Origin: an uncultured bacterium
GTDB taxonomy: Bacteria; Margulisbacteria; WOR-1; CAVSGV01
DNA: 32,000 nt
Reading direction: 5' to 3'
NCBI GenBank assembly: GCA_963699255.1
Contig: OY969425.1
Location: forward strand, 1,530,001-1,562,000
Part shown: positions 1 to 9,011 of the stretch, one piece after another
Numbering within the stretch: the stretch's first letter is position 1
How the letters are laid out: each line of letters opens with the position of its first letter
Made by a program: the position numbers and the translations under genes
The notes under the pieces: model-generated
Database searches by the model: none
The model's input: the letters and a program-made list of their open reading frames with translations, nothing else
What the model was told of the DNA's origin: nothing

Positions 1-250
1 CCGACGTGGGATTCACCTTCTTGAAATAAGGTATCACGTTCAGGTTCGTGTGGTCAAGCTTGGACAGGCAGAACTGGAGCAGAAGCCTGATCTCCTTAAA
101 GTCCCTGACCATCCCGAGACTATTGAGCCTGTCGCTCTTAATGTGTATCTGGACCTTCCACGTGTGCCCGTGAAGCTGCTCGCACGGGCCGTCGTATCCG
201 ACCAGCTGATGCGCCGCGTCAAAGGTGCCTTCCACCATCAATTCATACAT
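1..250 (-). CDS. queD: 6-carboxytetrahydropterin synthase (QueD/PTPS family), C-terminus cut off by window edge
   Basis: Reverse-strand translation from ATG at 250: MYELMVEGTFDAAHQLVGYDGPCEQLHGHTWKVQIHIKSDRL...; FDAAH and LHGHTW are zinc-binding/active-site motifs of the PTPS family. Open to the window edge, so absent from the ORF track. Confidence 0.9.
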   Translation of the reverse strand, partial: MYELMVEGTFDAAHQLVGYDGPCEQLHGHTWKVQIHIKSDRLNSLGMVRDFKEIRLLLQFCLSKLDHTNLNVIPYFKKVNPTS

Positions 251-271
251 ATTTTGATTTTACCTTCCGCC

Positions 272-1162
272 TCAGCCTTTTACAATAGAGATTTCTTCGA
301 CGTTCGTGACGGGATGTCCAAGCAGGATAGAGCCGAGCTCCTTGAAGCTGGAGCCGGATCCCGTAACGATGAACCTGTGCTTCGGCGGGATATTGGTGGT
401 GTTCATCATCTTTCCCCTGGTCAATATGTCCCTGGCGGTCCTTGCCGCTTCATCCGCGGGATCTATCAGCGCGACACCGGGGCCGAGTATGCCCCTTATC
501 GTCTTTATCAGGTGCGGGTAGTGAGTGCAGCCCAGCACCAGGGTATCGATCTTTGCCGCCATCAGGGGCCGAAGGTATTCCTTCAGTACGTTTTCCGTTT
601 CCTTGGAAGACGCGAAACCGCCTTCTATGAGGGGAACAAGGAGGGGGCAGGCGACGCCGAAAACTTCCGCTTCCTTGTTAAGGCTTTTTATCGCGTTCTG
701 GTACGCGAAGGAATTGATCGTTCCGACCGTCGCGATGACGCCTATCTTTTTGTTCTGTGTGGCGGTGGCCGCGAGCTTTGCCCCGCCCTCTATCATTCCC
801 ACCATAGGGACCTTGTATCTGTCCTTCATTACGGGATATGCGATCGCCGACGACGTTCCGCAGGCGATGACTATCAGTTTTACGCCGAAACTCACCAGGA
901 GATCAAGTATCTCCTTGTTTATTTTCAGTATCTCGCTGTTGGATCTTCCGCCGTAAGGCACCCGGGCGGTATCCGCCAGGTAAATGATGCTTTCTCTGGG
1001 AAGGAGCTTTGTCGTTTTTTCAAAGACCGTAAGCCCTCCGACGCCTGAATCGAACATTCCTATAGAGGAAGACTCCGCCACCGGGGGTTTTTCTGACAGT
1101 TCGGAGATCTTATGGGTCACTTTTCCGGATAATACGTTCCTTACTTGCGAGATCTCTGCCAT
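272..1162 (-). CDS. murI: Glutamate racemase
   Basis: Translation has IGMFDSGVGGLTV, YLADTARVPYG, VIACGTSSA, LGCTHYPHL typical of MurI. Confidence 0.96.
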   Translation of the reverse strand: MAEISQVRNVLSGKVTHKISELSEKPPVAESSSIGMFDSGVGGLTVFEKTTKLLPRESIIYLADTARVPYGGRSNSEILKINKEILDLLVSFGVKLIVIACGTSSAIAYPVMKDRYKVPMVGMIEGGAKLAATATQNKKIGVIATVGTINSFAYQNAIKSLNKEAEVFGVACPLLVPLIEGGFASSKETENVLKEYLRPLMAAKIDTLVLGCTHYPHLIKTIRGILGPGVALIDPADEAARTARDILTRGKMMNTTNIPPKHRFIVTGSGSSFKELGSILLGHPVTNVEEISIVKG

Positions 1163-2433
1163 GAACTTATTTTAACATATTCCCGGATGCCTTTATACAT
1201 TCCGTACGCCACCCGGTCCTGGAATTTCGGATCGCATATCAGCCTTTCCTCTCTCGGATTCGTGAGGTAGGCGGCTTCCACGAGGACGGACGGCATTTTT
1301 GTGTGGTGGACCGCGTAGTAGGTGACCTTTTTCACGCCCCTGTTCTTCAGCTTTATCGTCCGGCTAAGGTTCTTCTGCATTATTTTCGCGAACGTCCTGC
1401 TCCGCGGCGTGAAATAGTACGTTTCGCATCCTCCTATCCGCGGCCTCGAGTAGGCGTTCAGATGGACGGCCACAAAGATATCGGCGCGCCTGCTGTTCGC
1501 TATCCTGACGATCTCCCTGTTCCGTATGCTTACATCCCTGGTCCTTGTCATTACGACCTTTGCTCCCGCTTTCTTAAGGAACTTCTCCAGCCTCAGCGCT
1601 ATCTTCAGGGTCAGGATCTTCTCAAAAATGCCGGATTCGCTTATGAATCCCGGATCCCTTCCTCCGTGCCCCGGATCCACGACTATGGTCTTGCCCTGCA
1701 GCGTGAGCGGGATCTTGGATATCTCTACCGGCGGTATGTTCGATATCTCCACCGGCTGTATCTTTTTCACGGGCTTTTCTACTTCTTCGGGAACTTCCTC
1801 GGAGACTTCCGTTACCGGTATCGATAGCGTAGGCGCTTCCTCCACCTCGACGACGGTCGGCTTTTCCATCTTAACCGCCTCCGGAGTCACCGGCCTTATT
1901 TTTTCCGGTCTCACGGCCTCGACGGTTGACGGAGCGCTCGGCGCGACTATTTTCGTGCTTTCGGGCCTGGCCTTCGTGAATTCCAGGATGAATTTGTTCC
2001 TTCCGATTATGCTCGCGTAATCGTAGCTCAGCGTTTCGCTGGGCTCCACGATGACGTACACCGTCTTTTCGTCGAACTGCGCCGCCTGGATCATGCTGAT
2101 GAGAGAGGACGCGCCCGGCATTGTCACCGGGGCGTCGATTGAGGCGTTGGAGAATGCCAGGGCTATCCTGTTCGGCGACTCCAGCATTATTATCTCCGGC
2201 TTTATGTTCTCGGAGGTGAAGACGGAGACCTCCTCGTACGCGTCGATCTTTTTGGTTTCGACCTTGAGGATCTTCACTTTGCTATTGGCATAGCAAGGAA
2301 TGACCAATGACCAAATTCCAATGACCAAACAAATTCCAATGAGCAATGACCAATAACCAGAAGACCGTTTGAGATTTCGGATTTGGATATTGCTTGGAAC
2401 TTGGTGCTTGGTAATTGGTAATTTGCTGATCAT
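1141..2433 (-). CDS. N-acetylmuramoyl-L-alanine amidase with N-terminal AMIN-like domain and Amidase_3 domain
   Basis: IVVDPGHGGRDPGFIS, VVMTRTRD, FVAVHLNAY, VLVEAAYLTNPREE are Amidase_3 motifs; hydrophobic N-terminal segment upstream. Confidence 0.92.
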   Translation of the reverse strand: MISKLPITKHQVPSNIQIRNLKRSSGYWSLLIGICLVIGIWSLVIPCYANSKVKILKVETKKIDAYEEVSVFTSENIKPEIIMLESPNRIALAFSNASIDAPVTMPGASSLISMIQAAQFDEKTVYVIVEPSETLSYDYASIIGRNKFILEFTKARPESTKIVAPSAPSTVEAVRPEKIRPVTPEAVKMEKPTVVEVEEAPTLSIPVTEVSEEVPEEVEKPVKKIQPVEISNIPPVEISKIPLTLQGKTIVVDPGHGGRDPGFISESGIFEKILTLKIALRLEKFLKKAGAKVVMTRTRDVSIRNREIVRIANSRRADIFVAVHLNAYSRPRIGGCETYYFTPRSRTFAKIMQKNLSRTIKLKNRGVKKVTYYAVHHTKMPSVLVEAAYLTNPREERLICDPKFQDRVAYGMYKGIREYVKISSWQRSRK

Positions 2434-3758
2434 CGATTATTTTTTATCAACGCCGTTAAACTGGTTTTGGTGTTCAACTTCGGGTTATCCAGAACTTTAT
2501 CAAGCAGCTTGTTCAGTGCTTTGCCGACCTTCGGCCCGGGGCCGATGCCCAGGATCCTCATCACGTCGTTGCCGTCAAGAGCCAGGTCCCTTACATGGAG
2601 CGCGTTCTGCTCCTGGATTATCTTTTTTATTCCTTTCCTGAGATCTTTCGGATATCCGGGCTCCACGTCCCTTCCCATGGACCTGATATCCGCTATACGG
2701 AGATCAAAAAGATCGTTGACGCGGTCCAGTCCCACGCGGATCATGAACCGCCTTATAGCGGAATCGGACCATTCTTTCGTGTAATTGAACATGTGGTTCT
2801 TTATCATATTTGTCACGTAATAGATATGTTCGTTGCTGAATTTGAGCCGTTTCATTATCTTTGCCGCGATGTCCGCGCCTTTGTTCTCGTGGCCGTAAAA
2901 AGTGTTCTTCACCTTGCACCGCGGCTTGGCGATGTCGTGAAGAAGGGCGGCGAGCCTCAGGACCGGCCTGTCTTTTGAAACTTCGTCGCAGGTGTAGAGG
3001 TTGTGCCAGTAGACGTCGTCCTTATGGAAGGGCCTGGGCTGTTTTACGCCGATGCCTTTTAAAAGCTCGGGAATGTAAATTGTAAGGAGTCCCGACTTTC
3101 TCATCAGGTCAAGCCCGATCGACGGCTTGTCCGCTTCGAGCATCCTCATCAATTCATCGTGCACTCTTTCCGGGGAAACTTTTTTCGCGACTCTCAGGCA
3201 TTTGGGGATGGCTTTAAGCGTTTTATCTTCGATCCTGAAACCAAGTTTTGCCGCGAAACGGCAGGCCCTGACGGGGCGCAGCCCGTCTTCCATGAATCTT
3301 TCCACCGGATCTCCGACCGCCCTGATGAGTTTTGCTTTCAGGTCTTTTTGCCCGCCGAAGATATCTACAAGTTCCCTGGCCGTCGGGTCATATGCGATGG
3401 CATTGATGGTGAAATCCCGCCTTGATAGGTCCTTGCGGAGGTCCTTTGAGAACGTGACTTTGCTGGGATGTCTTCCGTCGATATATCTTTCATCGGAGCG
3501 GAAAGTGGTGATCTCATATGGGATCTTATTGATAATAACGGTGACCGTTCCGTATTTTATTCCGGTAGGGACGACCTTTTTGAACAGCTTTGTTACTTGG
3601 GCGGGAGTTGCGTCGGTCGTCAGGTCCCAGACTTTCGGCTTAAGTTTAAGCAGGAGGTCGCGCACCCCGCCGCCGACGATGTAGCACTGGAAACCTGCGC
3701 GTTTGATGGTTTTTATAAGACCTATAAGGTCTTTCGGGAAAGCTTTATTGTTTATCAT
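2430..3758 (-). CDS. cca: CCA tRNA nucleotidyltransferase / poly(A) polymerase family with HD domain
   Basis: YIVGGGVRDLLL, DLTTDATPAQ, RRDFTINAIAYD, RACRFAAKLGFRIE, LLHDIAKP. Confidence 0.9.
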   Translation of the reverse strand: MINNKAFPKDLIGLIKTIKRAGFQCYIVGGGVRDLLLKLKPKVWDLTTDATPAQVTKLFKKVVPTGIKYGTVTVIINKIPYEITTFRSDERYIDGRHPSKVTFSKDLRKDLSRRDFTINAIAYDPTARELVDIFGGQKDLKAKLIRAVGDPVERFMEDGLRPVRACRFAAKLGFRIEDKTLKAIPKCLRVAKKVSPERVHDELMRMLEADKPSIGLDLMRKSGLLTIYIPELLKGIGVKQPRPFHKDDVYWHNLYTCDEVSKDRPVLRLAALLHDIAKPRCKVKNTFYGHENKGADIAAKIMKRLKFSNEHIYYVTNMIKNHMFNYTKEWSDSAIRRFMIRVGLDRVNDLFDLRIADIRSMGRDVEPGYPKDLRKGIKKIIQEQNALHVRDLALDGNDVMRILGIGPGPKVGKALNKLLDKVLDNPKLNTKTSLTALIKNNR

Positions 3759-3819
3759 TGCGATAAATCTTACAGGAGAGGCTTATATATGTAAAGTAGA
3801 TGGAATCGTTGAGGTTGGT

Positions 3820-4004
3820 AATTAGGTGAGGGTAAAGAGGCCAGTATGGAAGTTGGGGTTAGGGTTGGGCCACACACTTCCAATCCTTACTTCTATACTG
3901 GCTTCCTAGCCTTTACCTAATTTTCTGGTTTTCAGGGTTGGGCCACACACGTCCAAACCTAACTTCTATACCGGCTTCCTAACCCTAACCTAATACCTAA
4001 CTTC
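3820..4004. repeat. Imperfect palindromic intergenic repeat (copy 1) plus adjacent half-copy
   Basis: aattaggtgagggtaaagaggccagtatggaagt ... acttctatactggcttcctagcctttacctaatt forms a long inverted repeat; adjacent ggttgggccacacacgtccaaacctaacttctataccggcttcctaaccctaacctaat is its relative. Confidence 0.8.
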
Positions 4005-4079
4005 AATAATATGGCTAAACGATGTATAATCATGCATAGCAATTGGTTATAGGTCCTTGCTTAACCAAAGCTGGTTTCT

Positions 4080-4436
4080 GGGGGTGTAAGGGTTTTGACG
4101 GGAAAGCGGGGGACCGGGTTGCGAGCCAAGGATGATACTGTCCTTGTAAAAACGTATCAAAACACAAACGCAAATCAAGAATTTGCACTTGCTGCCTAAT
4201 AAATAACGGCGGCTTCGTCTCTTAGGCCTCTTTCGGCAGGGCTTAAATAGACGTTATTTTGCCGGATACTGTTCTGCCCTGTTTGTGGAGCAGAATGGGA
4301 AAACTTTCATAAACTAGCGTAAGATGCGCCCCGCCTTGGGCATATTCTTAAGCGAACTAAAATATAAAGGACACGCTCGTAGTAACCTGATCTTATGCTT
4401 TTTCGGACGAGGGTTCGACTCCCTCCACCTCCACCA
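4080..4436 (+). ncRNA. ssrA: Transfer-messenger RNA (tmRNA), one-piece
   Basis: 5' GGGGGUGUAAGGGUUUUGACGGGAAAGC and 3' GGGUUCGACUCCCUCCACCUCCACCA; acceptor GGGGGUG (4080-4086) pairs with CACCUCC before ACCA; tag reading frame ends ...ANQEFALAA followed by TAATAA. Confidence 0.97.
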
Positions 4437-4690
4437 TGAAGTATTCCCCGCCTTCGGCAGGTAAACTTCATGGCGGGCCTTTGATATGAAATATAGCTAT
4501 CTATTCTACTTTTGTTATGGGGAATTACTTCATGGTCCACCAAGCTATAGCTTCGAATTATCGTTACAATCGATCAGATTTGTCGAGGGGAGTAGGTCGC
4601 GCAGCGACCGTTGAGGGGTGAAACCCCTCAAGGCCGGAACGCAGCCAGCTTCATAACATATCGTGGTGAGACTCCCCTCCACCTCCACCA
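4437..4690. repeat. 254-bp tandem repeat unit 1 immediately after ssrA, ending in a copy of the ssrA 3' end
   Basis: tgaagtattccccgccttcggcagg ... gtggtgagactcccctccacctccacca; unit 2 begins at 4691 with offset 254. Confidence 0.95.
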
Positions 4691-4940
4691 TGAAGTATTC
4701 CCCGCCTTCGGCAGGTAAACTTCATGGCGGGCCTTTGATATGAAATATAGCTATCTATTCTACTTTTGTTATGGGGAATTACTTCATGGTCCACCAAGCT
4801 ATAGCTTCGAATTATCGTTACGATCGATCAGATTTGTCGAGGGGAGTAGGTCGCGCAGCGACCGTTGAGGGGTGAAACCCCTCAAGGCCGGAACGCAGCC
4901 AGCTTCATAACATATCGTGGTGAGACTCTCCTCACCTCCA
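4691..4940. repeat. 254-bp tandem repeat unit 2 (degenerate at its last ~15 bp)
   Basis: Near-identical to 4437-4686; clearest difference is an A/G change (4568 vs 4822); diverges at actctcctcacctcca. Confidence 0.95.
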
Positions 4941-4970
4941 TTTTTACTTTCTTGCTTAATACAAAAGCAT

Positions 4971-5140
4971 TTCCTTTCCACTTTCTTTTACCAGAAAAGA
5001 AAGTGGAGCAAAGAAAGCTGGCCTAAGGGGAGAACCCCCTTAGGTATCCCCCTTTCAGCTCACAAAACTCAGCCGACTCGCCCTTCAGGCTCGCGGCTTC
5101 AAACAGTTGCTCGCAAGGTAAGGAATTACATCCGGAATTA
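4971..5140 (-). repeat. Dispersed two-hairpin repeat element, copy A
   Basis: Reverse complement matches 17701-17861 at high identity; hairpins ccactttctttt...aaaagaaagtgg (4978-5006) and cctaagggg-agaa-ccccttagg (5022-5043). Confidence 0.9.
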
Positions 5141-5177
5141 AATATAAACATCCCGAAGGGATTCCTTGTTAGGCCTT

Positions 5178-5307
5178 CTGTTTGAGCCGTACGAGGCCGA
5201 GCGCAGCGAGGACGAGAAGGCGAGTCAAGGCCGTCGGGGGTACAGGGGGCGGGCCCCCTGTCGGCGTTCTTTTCCCCATTTTCTTTCGCTGCTGAAAGAA
5301 AATGGGC
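5178..5307 (+). repeat. Dispersed two-hairpin repeat element, diverged copy C
   Basis: Shares ctgtttgagccg, ggcgagtc, cgggggtac with copies A/B; hairpins caggggg-cggg-ccccctg (5243-5260) and cccattttctttc...gaaagaaaatggg (5275-5306). Confidence 0.75.
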
Positions 5308-5472
5308 GGGAAGAGAGGGGAAGTCTTATGCAACCACAAAAATATCCACGTAAGGGCAGCGCCCATCGTCACGAAAACTTTAGTTTAACATTTGCGATTT
5401 TTCACCCAAAAGCCGCTTGCCAATTTTATCCCTCGGTGTAGGATTGCCCCGGACTCAAAAGGAGGAATATTT

Positions 5473-6108
5473 ATGCTGAAAACAATAAAAGCTATCATTG
5501 CAGTCTGCATGGTATTTTCCATTATCCCGCTTCTCTGCGGGTGCTGCTGCGGCGGTTTGGATATAAAAGACACGTCGGGGATAAGGGATTACCTGTCCAC
5601 GCAGGCCAGGTGCGAGCTGCTTGCCATCAGGATAAAGAAGTACTATTCGACGGCGCCGCAATACCAGAAGGCGGAAGCCGCGTACAACACGGCGGCTGCC
5701 TACGGCAACGCATACATGGCGGACCTGATAGTTTCGATCAAGACCAGCCGGGTGGTGGATGTGCCGGATGAAGCGTTCAAAAGCTCCGATCTATTCGCGA
5801 AGATGCAGAGTTTCCTGGCTTATGAAGCGTTAACGAACCAGAAAGCGGAAGTTCCCGCAGGGCAAAAGCCGAAAGCACTGGGCGTTTCCCCTTCGGAAGT
5901 GATAGCGGCTGAAGACGCGGTAAAGGGAGCGATGGGGATTTTTGCGAGCATGCAGGACCGCATTCAGGCGGAAACGGACGCCAATTTGAAGGTGCTGGAG
6001 GAGGAGTGGTTCAGCAGGGTATATTGGAACTCTTTTGATAAAACGACCGAGGATTCGTTCAATATGAAATGGACGAGATCGACACAGGCGACGGGGAAGA
6101 CAAAATAA
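5473..6108 (+). CDS. Putative secreted lipoprotein, unknown function
   Basis: Start at 5473 chosen over 5392 because ggaggaatatttATG supplies a ribosome-binding site; MLKTIKAIIAVCMVFSIIPLLCGCCC is a signal/lipobox-like N-terminus. Confidence 0.75.
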   Translation: MLKTIKAIIAVCMVFSIIPLLCGCCCGGLDIKDTSGIRDYLSTQARCELLAIRIKKYYSTAPQYQKAEAAYNTAAAYGNAYMADLIVSIKTSRVVDVPDEAFKSSDLFAKMQSFLAYEALTNQKAEVPAGQKPKALGVSPSEVIAAEDAVKGAMGIFASMQDRIQAETDANLKVLEEEWFSRVYWNSFDKTTEDSFNMKWTRSTQATGKTK

Positions 6109-6254
6109 CAGTTCATTTGAGCCGGAAACGCTGTTGTTCGCGATACAATATTCTGCGCTAGCCTCTTGACCCTTGTCCCTTGCTCTTACCAACCCTCCTC
6201 CTTGTCTCCTTCTTTGCATAAGAGTAGAATTGACCTAATAAAACAGGAGAAAAT

Positions 6255-7193
6255 ATGGCAGAAGAGCCAAGGAAAATATCATTTCAAGAAGCTATCGACA
6301 CATGTGTGCCTTTTTATAATAACGCTGCATTAGAACAAAAGTTTGATGAATTTATTGAGGCGAAAGCTGCTGGCATATCTGCTTATGCTGACGATGAAAC
6401 ACAAGAGATTTCTTTAGATAAAGTAATTTCTTTTTTGAGGGATCAAGAAGATGGACTAGAAATGATATTGGGCATTCTTCATATTCCAGAAGAAAAATTT
6501 AAACGAATAGTTACCCTATTGAGAAAGATTGATGGATCTTTCAAGACAGAATGGGGCATTGACAAGATTAAGGAGTTAATTCAAAAGAAAGACGATTTCG
6601 CTAAGAATATAGCACATATATTTATTGACGGCAAAAATGATGCAACTTTAATAGAATATCTCCCAAAAACTTATCGAGAACGGTTAAATCTAAGATCTTT
6701 GCACAAAGAAGAAGCTCGAGAGGATATTGTAATAAGGCTAAAAGATCAATATATAGGAACATACAGCAATTGGAAGGGCGATCTCATTGAAGGGATTATT
6801 AAGGCGAAACTGGAGAAAATAAAAAGTCTTTATGGAATTCCATATGTTGCTGGGCTTACTCCTTTGATTGATGTTACTGTTGATTGGGCCATTCCTAACT
6901 TAGAAGATCCTTATGTTATAATAATGTCTTCTTATCAAGAGACCACCTCAAGTGGGCAGTCAACAAAAGCAAGGGATATGATGGCTTGTTATCAGAAAAT
7001 AGATCTTAGAAATATTCAGCGAGGTGAAAATAGGGCTTTTGTGAATTTTGTTGATGGGGGTGGTTGGCTTGCACGTCAAAATGACTTAAGAAGATTGGTG
7101 GATGGGTGCCATTATTTTCTTAATATTAAGACATTGGATATGCTAGAAAGCATAATATTAAGACATGTTCCCAAACAATATTTTAGTACGTGA
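6255..7193 (+). CDS. Probable type II restriction endonuclease
   Basis: IDVTVDWAIPNLEDPYVIIMSSYQETTSSGQSTKARDM resembles PD-(D/E)XK restriction enzyme cores; 3 bp upstream of a DNA methyltransferase gene; aacaggagaaaat RBS. Confidence 0.75.
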   Translation: MAEEPRKISFQEAIDTCVPFYNNAALEQKFDEFIEAKAAGISAYADDETQEISLDKVISFLRDQEDGLEMILGILHIPEEKFKRIVTLLRKIDGSFKTEWGIDKIKELIQKKDDFAKNIAHIFIDGKNDATLIEYLPKTYRERLNLRSLHKEEAREDIVIRLKDQYIGTYSNWKGDLIEGIIKAKLEKIKSLYGIPYVAGLTPLIDVTVDWAIPNLEDPYVIIMSSYQETTSSGQSTKARDMMACYQKIDLRNIQRGENRAFVNFVDGGGWLARQNDLRRLVDGCHYFLNIKTLDMLESIILRHVPKQYFST

Positions 7194-7196
7194 ACT

Positions 7197-8162
7197 ATGC
7201 ACAATAAATTACTAGATAGATATATTAATAGAGTCCTATTAGGCGATTGTATAAGGATCATGCGGCAGTTGCCAGATAATTCAATTGATATGACGTTTGC
7301 CGATCCACCATTCAATTTAAAGAAGAAATATAATCACTACGAAGACTCAAAAGAAAAAACAGAGTATCTCAATTGGTGCAACCTCTGGATTGATGAGATG
7401 GTGAGAATAACAAAGCCAAGTGGGGCTATCTTTGTGCATAACATACCACGGTGGCTTACCCATTATGCTGAGCATCTTAATAAAACAGCCTATTTTAGGC
7501 ATTGGATTTCTTGGGATTCAGGAGGGGCACTTTTAGGAAAAACATTATTACCTAATCACTATGGCATTTTATATTATACGAAATCTAAATCTTACAAAGA
7601 GTTTAAATTTTATGATATCAGAGCGCCACACAAACGGTGCAGAATATGTAAGGGTTATATAAAAGATTATGGTGGGAAGAAGGATCAAATGCATCCTTTC
7701 GGGATGTTATTATCAGATGTGTGGACTGATATACATAGAATTAGGCATAAAAAGCGAAGAGATGAACATCCATGCCAACTGCCGATCCCCTTGCTAGAAA
7801 GATTGATATTAATGACAACAGATGAGGGGGATGTTGTATTAGATCCTTTTATTGGAACAGGCACAACCGCTGTAGCAGCTAAATCGCTTGGCAGGAGATA
7901 TATTGGAATCGATTTAGATAAAAAATATATTGAAATTGCAAAAAGGAATATCAAAGAAGCGATCGAAACAAAAGTAAGCGGTAAATATGTTTCAATTTAC
8001 TTAAACCAGATACGAACGATGAAAGACGTTGATTTTAAAGAGATACTTAAGAATAAACGTTATAATTATATGGAAAATCATAAAATCTTATTAGATATTA
8101 ATAAAAAAACGCACTCTCATATTATAAGTGTCCCTTCAAATGAATTAGTTATTTCAAAATAG
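7197..8162 (+). CDS. DNA N4-cytosine/N6-adenine methyltransferase (beta-type motif order)
   Basis: FADPPFNLKKKY (motif IV) precedes DPFIGTGTTAVAAKSLGRRYIGID (motif I/X). Confidence 0.93.
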   Translation: MHNKLLDRYINRVLLGDCIRIMRQLPDNSIDMTFADPPFNLKKKYNHYEDSKEKTEYLNWCNLWIDEMVRITKPSGAIFVHNIPRWLTHYAEHLNKTAYFRHWISWDSGGALLGKTLLPNHYGILYYTKSKSYKEFKFYDIRAPHKRCRICKGYIKDYGGKKDQMHPFGMLLSDVWTDIHRIRHKKRRDEHPCQLPIPLLERLILMTTDEGDVVLDPFIGTGTTAVAAKSLGRRYIGIDLDKKYIEIAKRNIKEAIETKVSGKYVSIYLNQIRTMKDVDFKEILKNKRYNYMENHKILLDINKKTHSHIISVPSNELVISK

Positions 8163-8259
8163 ATTTCTATGAGGGATGAGTTTTTGATTTTGTTTATAAG
8201 CTATATAGGCTGCTGGAGGAAGATAGGATGGTGGAAGCTGTGAAGAAAAGGAGGTTTAA

Positions 8260-8685
8260 ATGAAGAGAAAAAAATCGGGTAAAGGAAAACTGGTAAAGGG
8301 ATATATTCCATCAATATCAAGAGATTTTCTTGAATTTTCTGTATTTAGGGACGAAATTGGGAAAATGCTCAAGGGGAATTCCGGCGTATATGTTTTATAC
8401 AAAAAGAATAAATTATATTATGTTGGTATAGCGGGCGACCTTTTCTGGAGATTGCATCAACACACTAAAGATAAACACAAAGATAATTGGGATAGGTTTA
8501 GTGTGTTTATTATTGCCAAAGGTAGTTATTTGAAAGACATTGAGAGCATGGTCCACCGTATTTCAGAAACAAAAGCTAATGTCGCAAAAGGAAAATTCAA
8601 GGCGCATTATGAATATGACAAAAAAATTAAAAATATTGTGAGAGAAATTTCTCGAAAGATAAGAAAAATCCAGAAATCCCAATAG
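8260..8685 (+). CDS. GIY-YIG nuclease domain protein
   Basis: SGVYVLYKKNKLYYVGIAGDLFWRLHQHT ... DRFSVFIIAKGSYLKDIESMVHRI; ggaggtttaaATG. Confidence 0.85.
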   Translation: MKRKKSGKGKLVKGYIPSISRDFLEFSVFRDEIGKMLKGNSGVYVLYKKNKLYYVGIAGDLFWRLHQHTKDKHKDNWDRFSVFIIAKGSYLKDIESMVHRISETKANVAKGKFKAHYEYDKKIKNIVREISRKIRKIQKSQ

Positions 8686-9011
8686 AATCTTGTATAAAGA
8701 TGGTAAGAATTATTGCTTCTTGTCTTTATGAGTTAAAAGGCCTTTCCCAAGTATATTCTATCTTCCTTTTTACCTTCTTCCCTATACAAACCTACCCGGC
8801 GACTATCCTGAGTTTTGCGAAAGAAACGAAGGGCTTGTTTTGAAAAAGGCAAAGGGCTGCTTCGCCCCTCAGTTAAAGTTGTTTTCATCTCTATAATTGA
8901 ACTGACAAATTATTCCCTATTAAAAGGAGTTCGATCGCTTTATATTGCTGAAAGGGTTGGCAAATTATGGTATATTAAATTAATTGTAGCTGTGTTGAAT
9001 ATAATGAATTT

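Noticed and set aside
50-1048. 332-aa plus-strand ORF
   Set aside because: Antisense to murI and queD, which have clear family motifs; the translation shows no recognisable domain.
4577-4680. Possible SRP RNA because of ccggaa...gcagcc
   Set aside because: Lacks the paired GGUCAGG...AGCAGCC domain IV arrangement; resemblance is limited to a few bases.
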